From assembly GCF_037042905.1 (NCBI RefSeq), contig NC_087250.1, forward strand, positions 19,346,001-19,410,000: DNA of 64,000 nt, read 5' to 3'. The notes beneath the pieces are model-generated. The model was not told the origin of the DNA and did not search any database. It was given only the letters and a program-made list of their open reading frames with translations. Every line of letters begins with the position of its first letter. Position 1 is the first letter of the stretch. A program made the translations under genes and the position numbers. Source of the DNA: Lytechinus pictus. Its lineage: Eukaryota. Positions 1 to 12,469 of the stretch are shown here, piece after piece.

Positions 1-2602
1 TCTCCCTGCTAGTACGGACTGAGTCAGGACGGGTACCTAAAGATTCGATGCCCTGTAGCATCATGTCAGTGATGGAGTGGTTGGGGAGGTTAAAATGGCG
101 GCCAACTGGAGTGTCCAGCTTTGCTGTGTTGACGGTGGATCTGTGCCCGTAGAATCGTTTCTTGAGTGTGGTCTTGGTTTCCCCTATGTATTGTACCCTA
201 CAAACTCTGCAAGTGATGAGATATACAACATTAGTGGTAGTGCATGATGTTGCCCTTGATTTGGTGAGACAGGCTGGTAGAGTTGCTGGTGAAAGTATCG
301 CCCTCGTGAAGGTGTATTTCACATATGATGCACCTGTTGCTGGTGCATTTGAAGGTGCCATGCTGTATGGGAGAAGAATGGTTGGTGAGGGAGGGCACTT
401 CAGCACGAACAATGAGGTCCCTGAGATTCGGTGGGCGTCGGTATGCTAGAAGGGGAGTATCGGGAACGGCCTGTTGGAGACGATCAGAAGTGTGTAAAAT
501 GTGGTGGTTATCAAACAGGATTTTGCGGAGAGGGGGTAGATTGGGATGGAAGGTGGTCACAAGCGGTATTCTGTCGGTGGTCTCCTTGTCACTTTTTGGT
601 TTGAGAACTTCAGATCTGGGGAGAGAACGAACTTTGTTAATTGCCAGTTGGACTGCCCTGGCCCCGTGGCCCCTAGCACAGAGATATTTCTGCAGATTCC
701 TGGCATGGAAGGAAAAATCAGGGTCCTCGGAGCAGATACGGCGAAGTCTGAGGGCTTGACTGTAAGCGATGCCGGTTTTGCAGTGACGGGGGTGGCAGCT
801 GGATGAGTGGAGGTACTGGTGGGTATCTGTGGGTTTAGAGTATAGGGTAGTGGTGATACCATTAGACTTTTTCTGGACTGTAACATCAAGGAAGTGGGTT
901 TCCTGTTGGGAGAAATCAGAAGTGAATTGGATGGTCCTGTGGAAGGAATTGATGTGGTCAATGAATGTATGGAGGCTGTCTTCATCCCTGGTCCAGATGA
1001 AGAAAATGTCGTCTATGTAACGCCACCAAATCCATGGGCGACAGGGGGCTGAATCTAACATCTGCTGTTCCAGCTTCGTCATGAAGAGACAGGCGAATGA
1101 AGGAGCCATCCGGGTGCCCATTGCTGTACCGAATATCTGTAGGTAGTGCTTGCCCATGAATGTGAAGTTGTTTTTTGTTAGTACATGAGACATCAGAGAT
1201 TTGATATCGGATATGGGGGGACTGGAATGGCCACTGGCGGCCAAGCTAGGCTTCACATGATGCTTGGATACCTTCGTCGTGGGGAATGCTGGTGTACAGT
1301 GAAGAAACATCGAAAGTGCCGATGATCGCAGTCTCGGGTATCTGGTCCTTGATGTCATTTAGTTTCCTGAGAAAGTCTGGAGTGTCGTGGATGTAAGAGG
1401 GTGCACGTGAGACAAGGGGCTTAATGTGGTAATCAACAAAAAGGGAGATGTTCTCTGTTGAGGAACCATTTCCTGAGAGGATGGGTCGACCGGGGTTGCC
1501 AGGTTTGTGGATCTTCGGGAGGAGATAGAAGCGGGCAGGTTTAGCATTAGTAGGGGAGAGAAATTTGTGGGCCTTCTCAGAGAGATACTCGCGTTCTTTC
1601 ATGTCATTCAGTGTCGATTGGATCTGTAGGGAGAAATTACAAGTAGGGTCAGAATCGAGGAGTGCATAGTGAGATCGATTATTGAGATGTTTCATGGCTT
1701 CATCGATGTACTGCTGGCGGTCCATAACAACGACGGCTGATCCTTTGTCTGCAGGCTTGATGATGACGTCGGACCTGTTTTTGAGTGATGAGAGAGCCTG
1801 GCGTTCTTCTCGAGGAAGGTTGTCATGTGCTCTGGTGTCGAGGGTATCTGTGGAGCGAACTTGGGATGAGACAGCTTGGATGTAAGTTTCAAGGGAAGGA
1901 ACTCTATTCTTAGGTGGAATCCATGTGCTTTTCTTGTAGAAGGGCTCGGGATCAGAAGGGGGTGCATCTAAAAAGAACTCTTTGAGACGTATCCTGCGAT
2001 AGAATGTAGAGAGGTCTTGGCTGAGAGCTATCTGTTCAACTTCTGGTGGCGTGGGGCAAAACTTGAGACCTTTAGAGAGAAGAGAGGTTTCTGCTTGGGA
2101 GAGAGGGGAGGATGAGAGATTAACAACCAAATGGGGGGATACATCATTGTTGTTGGTATGTCGTCTAAATCTGTTTGACCGTTGTCGCTTCTTTGTGAGG
2201 TTGCCTATTTTCTTGTTCCTGCGTTCAGTGAGGAGAGACCTGTGTTTAGAGAGATCAGATTCAATTTTCATCATTATACTGAAGCCATTGGGTTTGGGTA
2301 CAGCAAGAACGTAGTTCGTCTTCCAGGCTACTGATGTCAGCTGAAAAAGAATCAAGAGAAGCAATACACTGTTCAGAGAGGATGTTAATTAATCGAACTG
2401 AAGCTCCATGTAAGGTCTGGTTCCATCGTTTGCGAAGTTCAGGTGTGAGCGTACCGAGACCGGGAGTGCAATGAAGTTGGAGGCCTGTGGGTATAATGCG
2501 ATTAAGGGAATAAAATCTGTAATTGTCCTGGTGAAAAGAGGTCTTGAGGGCCTTCAGCTTGATCTTCCTGAGCTGGTGAAATAAAGATAGATGGTTAGTC
2601 AT
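1..2602 (-). mobile_element. Penelope-like retroelement (probably Neptune-type) RT + GIY-YIG ORF, broken by 3 frameshifts; 3' end runs off the window start
   Basis: Joining frames from ATG at 2602 (MTNHLSLFHQ...) gives LLSKGLKFCP, IKPADKGSAVVVM, FYLLPKIHK, GRPI, FDVSSLYTSIP, GTAMGTRMAPSFACLFM, WWRYIDDIF, FLDV and KPTDTHQYLH. A Cys linker (CTSNRCIIC) follows, then after a frameshift near 245, CTTTNVVYLITCRVCRVQYIGET...RFYGH (GIY-YIG). Frameshifts lie near 2265-2285, ~1246 (apparent 4-bp insertion) and ~245. Confidence 0.93.
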
Positions 2603-2609
2603 GGTAGAA

Positions 2610-2928
2610 AAGAGACCTAGAATAAAAAAAAGTGTAAAACAAAGAAAATGGATATTCATAACAAATCAAAATATAAAGAAGGAGAAAAGTCGAGTAGATT
2701 TGAACTAGACCTAAAACAGAATGATAATAAGAATACACAAAGTTAATTGAATCAAGCTGAAAGAGACCTAGAATAAAAAAATAAAAAAATAAAAAAGGTG
2801 TAAAACAAAGAAAATGGAAATTCAAAACAAATCAAATATAAAGAATGAGAAAAGTCGAGTAGATTTGAACTGGACCTAAAACAGAATGATGATAAGAATA
2901 CACAAAGTTAATTAAATCAAGCTGAAAA
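2610..2928. repeat. Two-copy ~155-bp tandem duplication upstream of the Penelope-like ORF
   Basis: agagacctagaataaaaaa...aatcaagctgaaa occurs at ~2610-2762 and ~2763-2928. Confidence 0.85.
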
Positions 2929-3585
2929 GTAAAATCGACCAGACAAAGATACCAGAAAAAAAACAAAAAACAAAGTTATGCAAGTTTAAGTATGGAAGGA
3001 AAGTAAACAAGAAAACACTAAAATACAAATACTTATTTTATGTAATAGCGCCACCTTGTGGTCGCTTTGGCTTGTTGAAGTGTTTTTACTGTTTTGCGTG
3101 CTAGCTTTGTAAGCACTTCGGTAGCATCTCCTACCTGCTGCGGGTCGTGTTGAATAAAGAGTTCAAATTGTACGCCTTGTCTGTCGACTTGTTTGTTCTT
3201 TCGCTATTTTTTGGTTCAGAGTCTCTTTATAGGAACCTGTTGAAAACTTGTTGTTGGGGACTTCATTTTGACCACAGACAAGATTAAATTGATTTTAATG
3301 AGTAAAACAAAAAAAAGATATATTTATAAATTTGTGCCAATTTGATGTACACAAATTTCGAATTTTCGGCAATTTGGGGTCCGCGTGCAACTTATAAACG
3401 TTGCATGAGACTCGAAAGTAAAGTCATCGAGCAACGTGTTCCAAAATGCGATTTATCGCCAAAAAATGTGGCGGGGCGGGGGGGGGGGGTTAATCAACCC
3501 CCCCCCCCCCGTTTTATAAGGGTTAAATCTCAAGTAGTGTAGTGTTGACAAATTTGGGGGATGGGAGAGGTAAAAACAGAAAAAG

Positions 3586-5378
3586 AACAAGGCAAAATCA
3601 ATTTTGTGTCTCGCCCACTTATGAAAATGACCAGTAATATCGTGATTTGCGAGGGCACGCAACAGAATTCATTGTGAAATGACAGATGGAATAACACTTA
3701 TCATGTGACCTCTAACTGCAGCATAACATGCAGGTCCCCAAAGTCCATCCACCATCCAAGTTTGGTTGAAAACCCGGGGGGGGGGGGCACTTCCATTCAC
3801 GAGTGGATACCATGCGCAACCATGGGGTCTCGAAAAGCACCCTAAACACGTATTTTCCATATACTGAAAATGCACCCCTTAACAAGTATTGGCGTGTAAA
3901 ACCCTACCCTTAACAAGTATTGGAAACAAAACGATACTCTTGGCAAGTATTCCCTGAGATGAACCCCTAAACAAGTACAGCAATATTTTATTCTTATGTC
4001 ACGGGTCCTTCGGTCATCGGTTTTAACTTTACACATCATTTGGTTTTGTACGACCCCATGCACCTTCCACACCTCGCGCAAATCGGACTCTAAACACGTA
4101 TTGCTGGGGCAAAAAGGACATCCTTTATAAAACATTTTAATTTTGTTTTATCATCCCCACAATTTGACCCTAAGCACGTAACTTTCCTAGTGAAATTAGA
4201 TACCCTTTTTTCATTATTTTTGTGTTTTTGACACCCTTATCATGTTACGTACGTAACGTGCCCTATCTTAAAAAAGACATCCTTTTTACGTCTTTTTTGG
4301 GTCGTGCATGGTATCCATTCGTCAATGTAAGTGGCCCCCCGGGGTTGAAAAGCAACTTACGGTTGCGGAGTTAAGGGAGTCTTGCATGTAAACTTTAATG
4401 TTGACCTGAAAATGACCTTTGACCATACCATGTGATGACCTCCAACTACAGCATAACATGCAGGTCCCTCAAGTTCATCTACCATCCAAGTTTGGTTGAA
4501 AAGTGACATAGGGTTGCAGAGTTTGGTGTCATAAGAGAGTCTTGCATGTAAACTTTAACGTTGACCTCAAAATGACCTTTGACCTTACCATGTGCCCTCC
4601 ACGTCTGCAGCATAACATGCAGGTCCCTCAAGTTCATCTACCATCCAAGTTTGGTTGAAAAGTGACTTACGGTTGCGGAGTTAGGTGTCATATGAGAGTC
4701 TTGCATGTAAACTTTAACGTTGACCTGAAAATGACCTTTGACCTTATCATGTGACCTCGGACTGCAGCATAACATGTAGGTCCCCAAGCCCATCTACCAT
4801 CCAAGTTTGGTTGAAAAGCGACTTACGGCTGCGGAGTTAGGTGTCATAAGAGAGTCTTGCATGTAAACTTTAACGTTGACCTTACCATGTGACCTTCAAT
4901 TGCGGCATAACATGCAGGTCCCCAAGCCCATCTACCATCCAAGTTTGGTTGAAAAGCGACTTACGGCTGCGGAGTTAGGTGTCATAAGAGAGTCTTGCAT
5001 GTAAACTTTAACGTTGACCTGAAAATGACCTTTGACCTTACCATGTGACCTTCAACTGCGGCATAACATGCAGGTCCCCCAAGTCCATCTACAATCCAAG
5101 TTTGGTTGAAAAGTGACTTACGGTTGCGGAGTTAGGTGTCATAAGAGAGTCTTGCATGTAAACTTTAACGTTGACCTGAAAATGACCTTTGACCTTACCA
5201 TGTGACCTCCGACTGCAGCATGACATGCAGGTACCCCAAGTCCATCTACCATCCAAGTTTGGTTGAAAAGCGACTTACGGTTGTGGAGTTATGTGTCATT
5301 AGATTTGTGATGGACGGACAACGGACCAACGACATTTGGATCCCTAAGTCTCGCCTTCACCTCTGGTGGGCAAGACAA
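3586..5378 (+). mobile_element. Helentron-associated (HINE/pearl-like) non-autonomous element with ~157-bp internal tandem array
   Basis: Starts aacaagg with subterminal gtctcgccc; ~6.5 units (gttgaaaag at ~4343, 4495, 4654, 4810, 4947, 5105, 5262); ggac microsatellite; 3' hairpin gtctcgcc...gggcaagac then A-run. Absent from the paralogous site in copy B (~42495). Confidence 0.75.
3773..4343. mobile_element. MITE with CCCGGGGG...CCCCCGGG ends and 8-bp TSD (GTTGAAAA); related copies at ~29935-30499 and ~53524-53977
   Basis: TIR includes gcacttccattcacgagtggataccatgcg; gttgaaaa at 3765-3772 and 4344-4351. The copy at 53.5 kb is flanked by gcatgcat and is absent from copy A. Confidence 0.85.
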
Positions 5379-5938
5379 AAATAGAAATCATACAGAAAAA
5401 TGTTAAAAGTTCTAGTCATATAGCTATTGGATCGATTGCACTTTAACTTTTAACCAACTTCAATAAATACGAAGCAATACATGTCAAGTTCATATTATAT
5501 ACATTTATTGTAGATGATGATAACTTGATGACAGATAACAAATAGCGCAGGATACCTTTACTCTGAAGATTAAGGTAGGATAAACTCTGCAAACTGACAT
5601 CAATTACGTATTGATGTATTATTGAATGTGGGATATGTCTTATAACAGAATTAAAGTTCAAAGTTTAATTTTCACATTCCTATAAAAATGTATAAAAACA
5701 ATTTATGCTACAAGCATATCATATCATAGCAAATATCACGTAGACACAGAGCATAACCATAGAGAATACAAAATACATTACAAAAATGTGGAGGGTCAAA
5801 AGAAGTAAATTAGAAACTTAAAAGATTGACCCTAATTTAAGTGGGAGAAAATACAGTGGCATATTAAAGATATGTACAAGGTAGAAATAAAATAGAAAAG
5901 CAAATGTGTGATTAAATTGAATTTAGATAATTTCTTAA

Positions 5939-7531
5939 CCCTAACTAGGCCGGGCTTTTTTGGCTGTTCTGTGGCCGGGGGGGGGGGGGGTTCAACCCCC
6001 CCCCCCCCGAGATCTCGGCCGCCGATCTAGCGAGCGCCGCAAAATTTGCACGCTGGTAGTGTGCGATGTAATCTACAAGGCTGTATGGTAACATTTTCCA
6101 AAATAATGAGATTTTATTTTATATGAATTAATTATGCTAATTTATGCATAAATCATACTTTTTGCTCTAATTCACTAAATAAAGCTCCTAGAATGCTAAT
6201 TTTTTGTAAAAATATTCTTTGTAGCATTCTTAACAATGGCAATTGAAAACGAGTGGAACGCCTCTGGCAGTCTCGCCTGCATTACGCGATTTAATATAGC
6301 AGCAGTGCTAACTTTGAAAACTACTATAAGATAATCATTCACAAAAACACCATTCATATAATGACATAATACCACGTTCATTGACCATAGATGACATTTG
6401 AACGGTGACTTAAGACTTGTCAACAGAACTACACCCATGTCCACATTTCATTCACTCTATCCATAAACTTTCAAAGTTATGATGGCAATTCAACAATTAC
6501 CCCAACATGGCCAAAGTTCATTGACCTTAAATGACCTTTGACCATGGTCATGTGACCTGAAACTCGTACAGGATGTTCAGTGATACTCGATTACTCTTAT
6601 GTCCAAGTTTTATGAACTAGATTCATAAACCTTCAGAGTTAGAATGGTAATTTAACAAAGACCCCAACACGGCAAAAGTTCATTGACCTTAAATGACCAT
6701 TGACCATGGTCATGTGACCTGAAACTCGCACAGGATATTCAGTGGTACTTCATTAACCTAATGTCCAAGTTTAATGAACTAGATCCATAAATTTTCAAAG
6801 TTATGAAGGTAATTCAACAAATACCCCCAACTTGGCCAAAGTTCATTGACCCTAAATGACCTTTGACCTTGGTCATGTGACCTGAAACTTGAGCAGGATG
6901 TTCACTAATACTTGATTAACCTTATGCCCAAGTTTCATGAACTAGGTCCATATACTTTCTAAGTTATGATGTCATTTCAAAAACTTAACCTTAGGTTAAG
7001 ATTTGATGATGACGCCGCCGCCGCCGTCGGAAAAGCGGCGCCTATAGTCTCGCTCTGCTATGCAGGCGAGACAAAAACTTCAGTTTGGAAATCAATTTCT
7101 TATGTATTTTATTGTTTTATGAAATTCTTATGTATTTCTTTGTTTTTCAACCTTTTGTTTTTCTTTGTTTTTTTCACCAGATTTATTGCACAACCTTTTT
7201 GAAGCATAATTATGCTAAAATCAATTGCTTTCAGCTGTTTAAAGTAAAAATAATCATATCTTTATGAATAAGATAAGAAAACTCAATTTGCATTGACTTT
7301 GTACACAAAATCACGTTTTGGAACAATTTTTGGTCTGACATGCACTTACAAAACGTTGTGTAATTTCGATACCGCGTACCCGGGCGTCGTAAATTTGGTC
7401 TCAAAAAATGCGCGAGACTTAAAAGTATAAACTCTGCGAGTGGCGCGCTAAAAAAAATTCGCGCGGCGGAATGATCGCAGAAAATATTGAGGGGGGGGTT
7501 GATTCAACCCCCCCCCCCGGCCATTTTAGGG
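5939..7531. mobile_element. piggyBac-like MITE (TTAA target, CCC...GGG ends) interrupted by a HINE
   Basis: ttaa|ccctaactaggccggg ... ccggccattttaggg|gtaa; empty site ttcttaagaga in copy B (~43830). Confidence 0.85.
6247..7075 (+). mobile_element. HINE/pearl-like element (family 2) with ~160-bp tandem units, inserted in an A-run
   Basis: 5' aacgagtggaacgcctctggcagtctcgcctgca; 3' (gcc)n then hairpin gtctcgctctgctatgcaggcgagac; no TSD. The uninterrupted target is seen in the inverted MITE copy at ~8270-8310. Confidence 0.8.
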
Positions 7532-7823
7532 GTAAGAGATAGGGTATATAAAGTAATATTTAAAAATAGTGATTTGCACTGTTAAAGTTCATGAGGCATC
7601 TAAAAACAAAAATAATATATATTGCATGAAGATTTACATAAAACATTAATCACTCTTTTAATATAGGCCTTCTACTATCAATACAGTCGTATCATGGGGA
7701 TTTTCCATTTTTAGATGACAAAACCGTATTTTTGATGTAATGGGGGTAAGAAACAGATCCTGAATTTGGTTTCCCTAAATGAAATACATAAGAATCACTT
7801 TCTTGACACGTCAATAGTGTTAA

Positions 7824-8591
7824 CCCTAATTCTCCCGGGGGGGGGGGGGGCCATAATGGCCCCCCCCCCTTCGACAATTTTTGTGATATATCTGCTGCGC
7901 AAAATTTTTTGACCTCGTCGCTCACTGACTTTACTTTCAAGTCTCGCGCAAATTTTGAGACCAAATTTGTGACGCCCAGGTACGCGGTTACGATATTTCA
8001 CAACATTATGTAAGTGCATGTCAGACCCAAAATTGCTCATAAACGTGATTTCATGTACAAATCCAATGCAAATTGTGTATTTAGCAAAAATTCATAAATG
8101 TATCATTATTTCTACTTTTACTGATTAAACTTAATTAATTTTGCCTTGTTTATGATCAGAATTATGTCTGGAACGATTTCCATTGAAAAACCAATAAAAA
8201 ACAAAAAGTAAAAAACAAGGAAATACATAAGAAATTCATAAAACAATAAAATACATAAGAAATTGATTTCCAAACCGAAGTTTTTTTTAATTGCGATTGT
8301 TAAGAATGCTACAAAGAATATTTTTACCAAAAATTAGCATTCTAGGAGCTTTATTTAGTGAATTAGAGCAAAAAGTATGATTTATGCATAAATTAGCATA
8401 ATAAATTCATATAAAATAAAATCCCATTTTGGAAAATTTTACCATACAGCCTTATAGATTTCATCGCACACTACCGGCGTGCAAATTTTTGCGTCACTCG
8501 CGCGATCGCCGGCCGAGATCTTGGGGGGGGCCATAATGGCCCCCCCCCCCCCGGGAATGACAAGAATCAAAATACCCCGGGAGATTTAGGG
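7824..8591. mobile_element. piggyBac-like MITE, same family as 5939-7531, opposite orientation
   Basis: ttaa|ccctaattctcccggg ... cccgggagatttaggg|ttaa; empty site gtgttaagattc in copy B (~44035). Confidence 0.88.
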
Positions 8592-8899
8592 TTAAGATTC
8601 TTTGTAATGGTGATAAAAAAAATAATAATGTTGTCTTTTATAGAGTTTCTATCCGATAACCAACAATCATATTTAATAATTTCAAGCATTTTTCATACTA
8701 AGAATATTGTTTATGATTTTCGTGGTGCCACTGACATATTTTCTTTTACTGCATTAAATTTATTTGAAAATTTAATATTTAAATTATTTTTACAGCATTT
8801 GCATAATAGTTATCCCATTTTTCTTAATTTTACATAATTTTTTAAAATATGAATTTAAAACAAAAAATTACATACTTTTTTCACACATTCTAACATATG

Positions 8900-9836
8900 A
8901 ACAAGTGGAATGCCTCTGGCCGTCTCACCTGCATCACGCGATTCAATATAGCAGCAGTGCTAATTTTGAAAACTACTATAACTCGCACAAGATGTTCAGT
9001 GATTCTTGGTTACTCTCATTTCCACGTTTTATGAACTAGACCAATGCACTTATAGAGATATGATGGCAATTCAACAAATACCCCCAACGTGGCCAAAGTT
9101 CTTTGACCTTACATGACCTTTTACCTTGATCATGTGACCTGAAACTCGCACAGGATGTTCAGTGATACTTGATTAGTCTTATGTCCAAGTTTCAAGAGTC
9201 AGATCCATCAACTTTCAGTTATGATGGTAATTCAACATATACCCCCATTATGGCCAAAGTCCATTGACCTTTAACCTTGGTCATGTGACCTAAAATGTGC
9301 ACAGGATGTTCAGTGATACTTGATTACTCTTATGTCCAAGTTTTATGAACTAGACCAACACACTTTCAAAGTTATGGCGGTAATTCAACAAATACCCCAA
9401 TTTGGCCAAAGTTCATTGACCCTAAATGACCTTTGACCTTGGTCATGTGACGTGAAACTCATGCAGGATGTTCAGTGATACTTGATTAATCTTATGTATA
9501 AGTTTCATGAACTAGGTCCATATATTTTCTAAGTTATGATGACATTTCCAAAACTTAACCTTAGGTTAAGATTTTGATGTTGATTCCCCCAACATGGTCT
9601 AAGTTCATTGACCCTAAATGACCTTTGACCTTGGTCATGTGACATGAAACTCAGGCAGGATGTTCAGTAATACTTGATTAACCTTATGGCCAAGTTTCAT
9701 GAACTAGGTCCATATACTTTCTAAGTTATGCTGTCATTTCAAAAACTTAACCTCTGGTTAAGATTTGGTGTTGACGCCGCCGCCGCCGTCGGAAAAGCAG
9801 CGCATATAGTCTCACTCTGCTATGCAGGTGAGACAA
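8900..9836 (+). mobile_element. HINE/pearl-like element (family 2)
   Basis: aacaagtggaatgcctctggccgtctcacctgca ... gtctcactctgctatgcaggtgagac; empty site catatgaaaaatgatg in copy B (~44351), no TSD. Confidence 0.85.
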
Positions 9837-9916
9837 AAATGATGAAAATGAAAAGCCTTAATTTATTGTTCGAAATTGACATGAAATGAAATACTCCAAA
9901 AATTTGCTTTGCCCAG

Positions 9917-10028
9917 GGTAGCAGCAACTCCCATCTTTAACTTCTTTTGGTCTGACGCGGCTGAGGTTTGAACTCCCAACCTCCCGGTTGTGAGACGGAT
10001 GCTCTATCGACTGAGCCAACACACCAGT
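9917..10028 (-). mobile_element. tRNA-derived SINE 5' head (paralog at ~44510-44622)
   Basis: Minus strand: ggtgtgttggctcagtcgatagagc (A box) ... gggagttcaaacc (B box), followed by non-tRNA core gtcagaccaaaaga. Confidence 0.75.
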
Positions 10029-10280
10029 ATACAAACTGGTCTGTCTTCCGATGCTGAACACATGCATTTTGCTTCTCAACCACAAAGCATGCAAGAGCTT
10101 TTTTCTTCTTTCTGATTCACAAAAAAATTATTCCACTGGATGCACTTCTATCTGATGTCGTGCAAATTAAAAAATTAAAAAATGTTCAGACTGTATTTAT
10201 CAGAAACGTCTGTGAATTTGTTTTGTGAGGATAGATCCGCATCTAATTTCTGTCGCACATTGATGACATACATATGCTAC

Positions 10281-10286
10281 TTTATT
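10281..10286 (-). terminator. Candidate polyadenylation signal (AATAAA) of ZNF gene copy A
   Basis: tttatt on + strand ~365 bp past the stop codon; conserved in copy B at 44857-44862. Confidence 0.4.
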
Positions 10287-10649
10287 CAGGAGTCAACTGT
10301 CTGTTGTTAAAACAGTGGACTCAAGCATACTTAACCATGGCAACAAGCGTAAATTTGGCGACCTGAAAAGCACACATCAACATTGGAAATTGTTCTCTTG
10401 CAAGGAAAATTTATACAGGAAATCTGCATATGAAAACAGTGGGTTTAACCGATGGTTTTCAAAACTACCTTTGTGAATTCGAACCATTGGGTTTCTTCAC
10501 TGAATGGATTTGTTCATGTTTTTACTGATGACAAAATGCCCTGCCATATTGTTACTGTTAGGGCTTCTCAACTGTATGAAATTGCATACGACTTTTGAGA
10601 TTGCTTCCAAGATGAAAAAAAAAGCTTCACCGCACATGCAATGGGCTTC

Positions 10650-11845
10650 TCACTTGTGCTTACTTGTAATGTGGCTTTTGAGAGTGCTACTTTGACGAAA
10701 TGCCTCATCACAAAAATGACATTCATAGGGCTTTTCACCGGTATGGATTCGTTTATGAATTTTTAGATCACACGCATAATTAAATGACTTACCACAATAA
10801 ATACATACATAGGGTTTGTCAGAATCATGAATTCTTTTATGTGCTTTGAGATGATCAACTCTATAAAATGCCTTACCACATTGATCACAGAGATAATTTT
10901 TCTCACCTGTATGGTTTCGTTCATGTATACTTAGATTTAGCATTTGATTAAATGCCTTACCGCAGTGAACACATACAAAGCGCTTCTCATTTGCATGACC
11001 TTGTTTATGTCTAGTGAAAGTAGTTTCTTCATTAAATGCCCTACCACATCGATCACATACATAGGGTTTCTCACCTGTATGGATTCGTTTATGTCTTGCG
11101 AGATTACCCTTCCCATTAAATGCCTTACCACACTGATCACATACATAGGGCTTCTCACCTGTATGGATCCGTTTATGTGCTTCGAGAGAAGAGGAAGTAT
11201 ATAAGGCCTTATTACAATAATCACAAACAAACTTACCACTAGTATGATATAGTTTATGTGCGCGGAGATGACTTGGTAGAATAAATGCCTTACCACAATG
11301 ATCACATACATAGGGTTTCTCACCTGTAGGAATTCTTTTACATCTATGTGCTTTAAGAGCGGAAGCAAAATGGAAAGTCTTATCACAATAATCACAAACA
11401 TGCACTTCATAATGGATTTGTGCATGGGCTTTGAGAGCACTTGCTTCATAGAATGCTTTGTCACAATAATAACAAACATAGCGCTGATCACCTGTATGAA
11501 TTCTTTCACCTGCTATGGCATCCCCAACTTGATGATTAATTACCTCCTCACATTGTCTGGAGAAGTAAGAATTCTGTTTTTGCTTTTCACTCGATTTCCT
11601 AAGATATATTACATATTTAGTCTTCCTTCTTATTTTTGCACTTCCTGTTTCATCATGTGAAGGCTCTTTGGGTTTATCAAAAGGGTTTTGTATTTCTCCA
11701 TTGATGATCTGCAGAAAACGTGAATGGGATGAATCTGGTACCAGAATACCACCATTATGACCATGTTTGTACTTGAGATGCCTTGCTAAGATAAGAGGAA
11801 TAGCATAGGGTGATCCACAGTACTTGCATCTGCAAATTCCAGAAC
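10650..11845 (-). CDS. ZNF gene copy A, last exon: isolated C2H2 finger + spacer + 10-finger C2H2 array (finger 2 degenerate)
   Basis: Acceptor ctttgtttctttaacattag|GT at 11845. Open frame [28 protein letters not shown]...[11 protein letters not shown]... is continuous with ORF 10650..11405 (TGEKP linkers). Confidence 0.93.
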
Positions 11846-11909
11846 CTAATGTTAAAGAAACAAAGATATATCTAGTGTTATAAATATTGGAATTGATTAA
11901 ACTGGTAAG

Positions 11910-12075
11910 TAATGTGGAAGCCTAAAATAAATTCCAGACATTTGTGTTACGGGGGCCTCAAGAGCATATTCAGGATATTGACCAAAAGAAGAGTAAGTAC
12001 AGTGTCTGAGCTGCCAGACGAGTTTGAGGTGAAGGTAGGTATACCTCAAGGTTCTGTACTGTCACCATTGCTAAT
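11910..12075 (+). mobile_element. Degenerate non-LTR retrotransposon RT fragment in intron (paralog ~46810-46970)
   Basis: 12020-12073 translates EFEVKVGIPQGSVLSPLL, the LINE RT 'GxPQGSxLSP' motif. Confidence 0.7.
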
Positions 12076-12469
12076 TGGAATTAATGTTTGAGAGGCACAA
12101 AAATATTTTTGTTAGTGGAATATGTCATGCAGTGTGAACCCTTCAATTTTTTGCTTGCCAATTTTTTCTTTGGACAAAATTACATTGATTTGGTGGTGAA
12201 AACCCTTTTTTTTGCTTGTCAAAATTTTCCTGGAACAAATGACCTCAATTTGGCAGTGAAACCCTTTTTTTAGGGGGGGGTGGGTCAAATTGTTAATGGA
12301 AGAAATGACCTACATGTGTAAATTTGGTAGTGAAAACATTTTCTCTGTCAAAATTTTCTGAAAAAGCCCCCCCTTTGGAAAATCCTGTATCCACTCCGCC
12401 CCTACATACACCTTATTAAAACATTACCCTATTGAAAGCTTTTTAGCTAAATTTACCTCAATATATGTA

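Noticed and set aside
4340..5300. Regularly spaced repeats as a CRISPR array (also 19963-20290, 36520-37065)
   Set aside because: Whole units repeat with no unique spacers, no cas genes, and the context is eukaryotic.
9945..10028. tRNA gene
   Set aside because: A/B boxes are present but it continues into a SINE core, has no clean cloverleaf and is diverged between paralogs.
11585..11640. RRKTKYVIY resembling the SSXRD motif
   Set aside because: Short, weak match located after the lone finger rather than next to KRAB.
10937..11660. Alternative-frame and antisense ORFs over the ZF exons (also 45908-46556)
   Set aside because: Shadow frames of repetitive zinc-finger codons.
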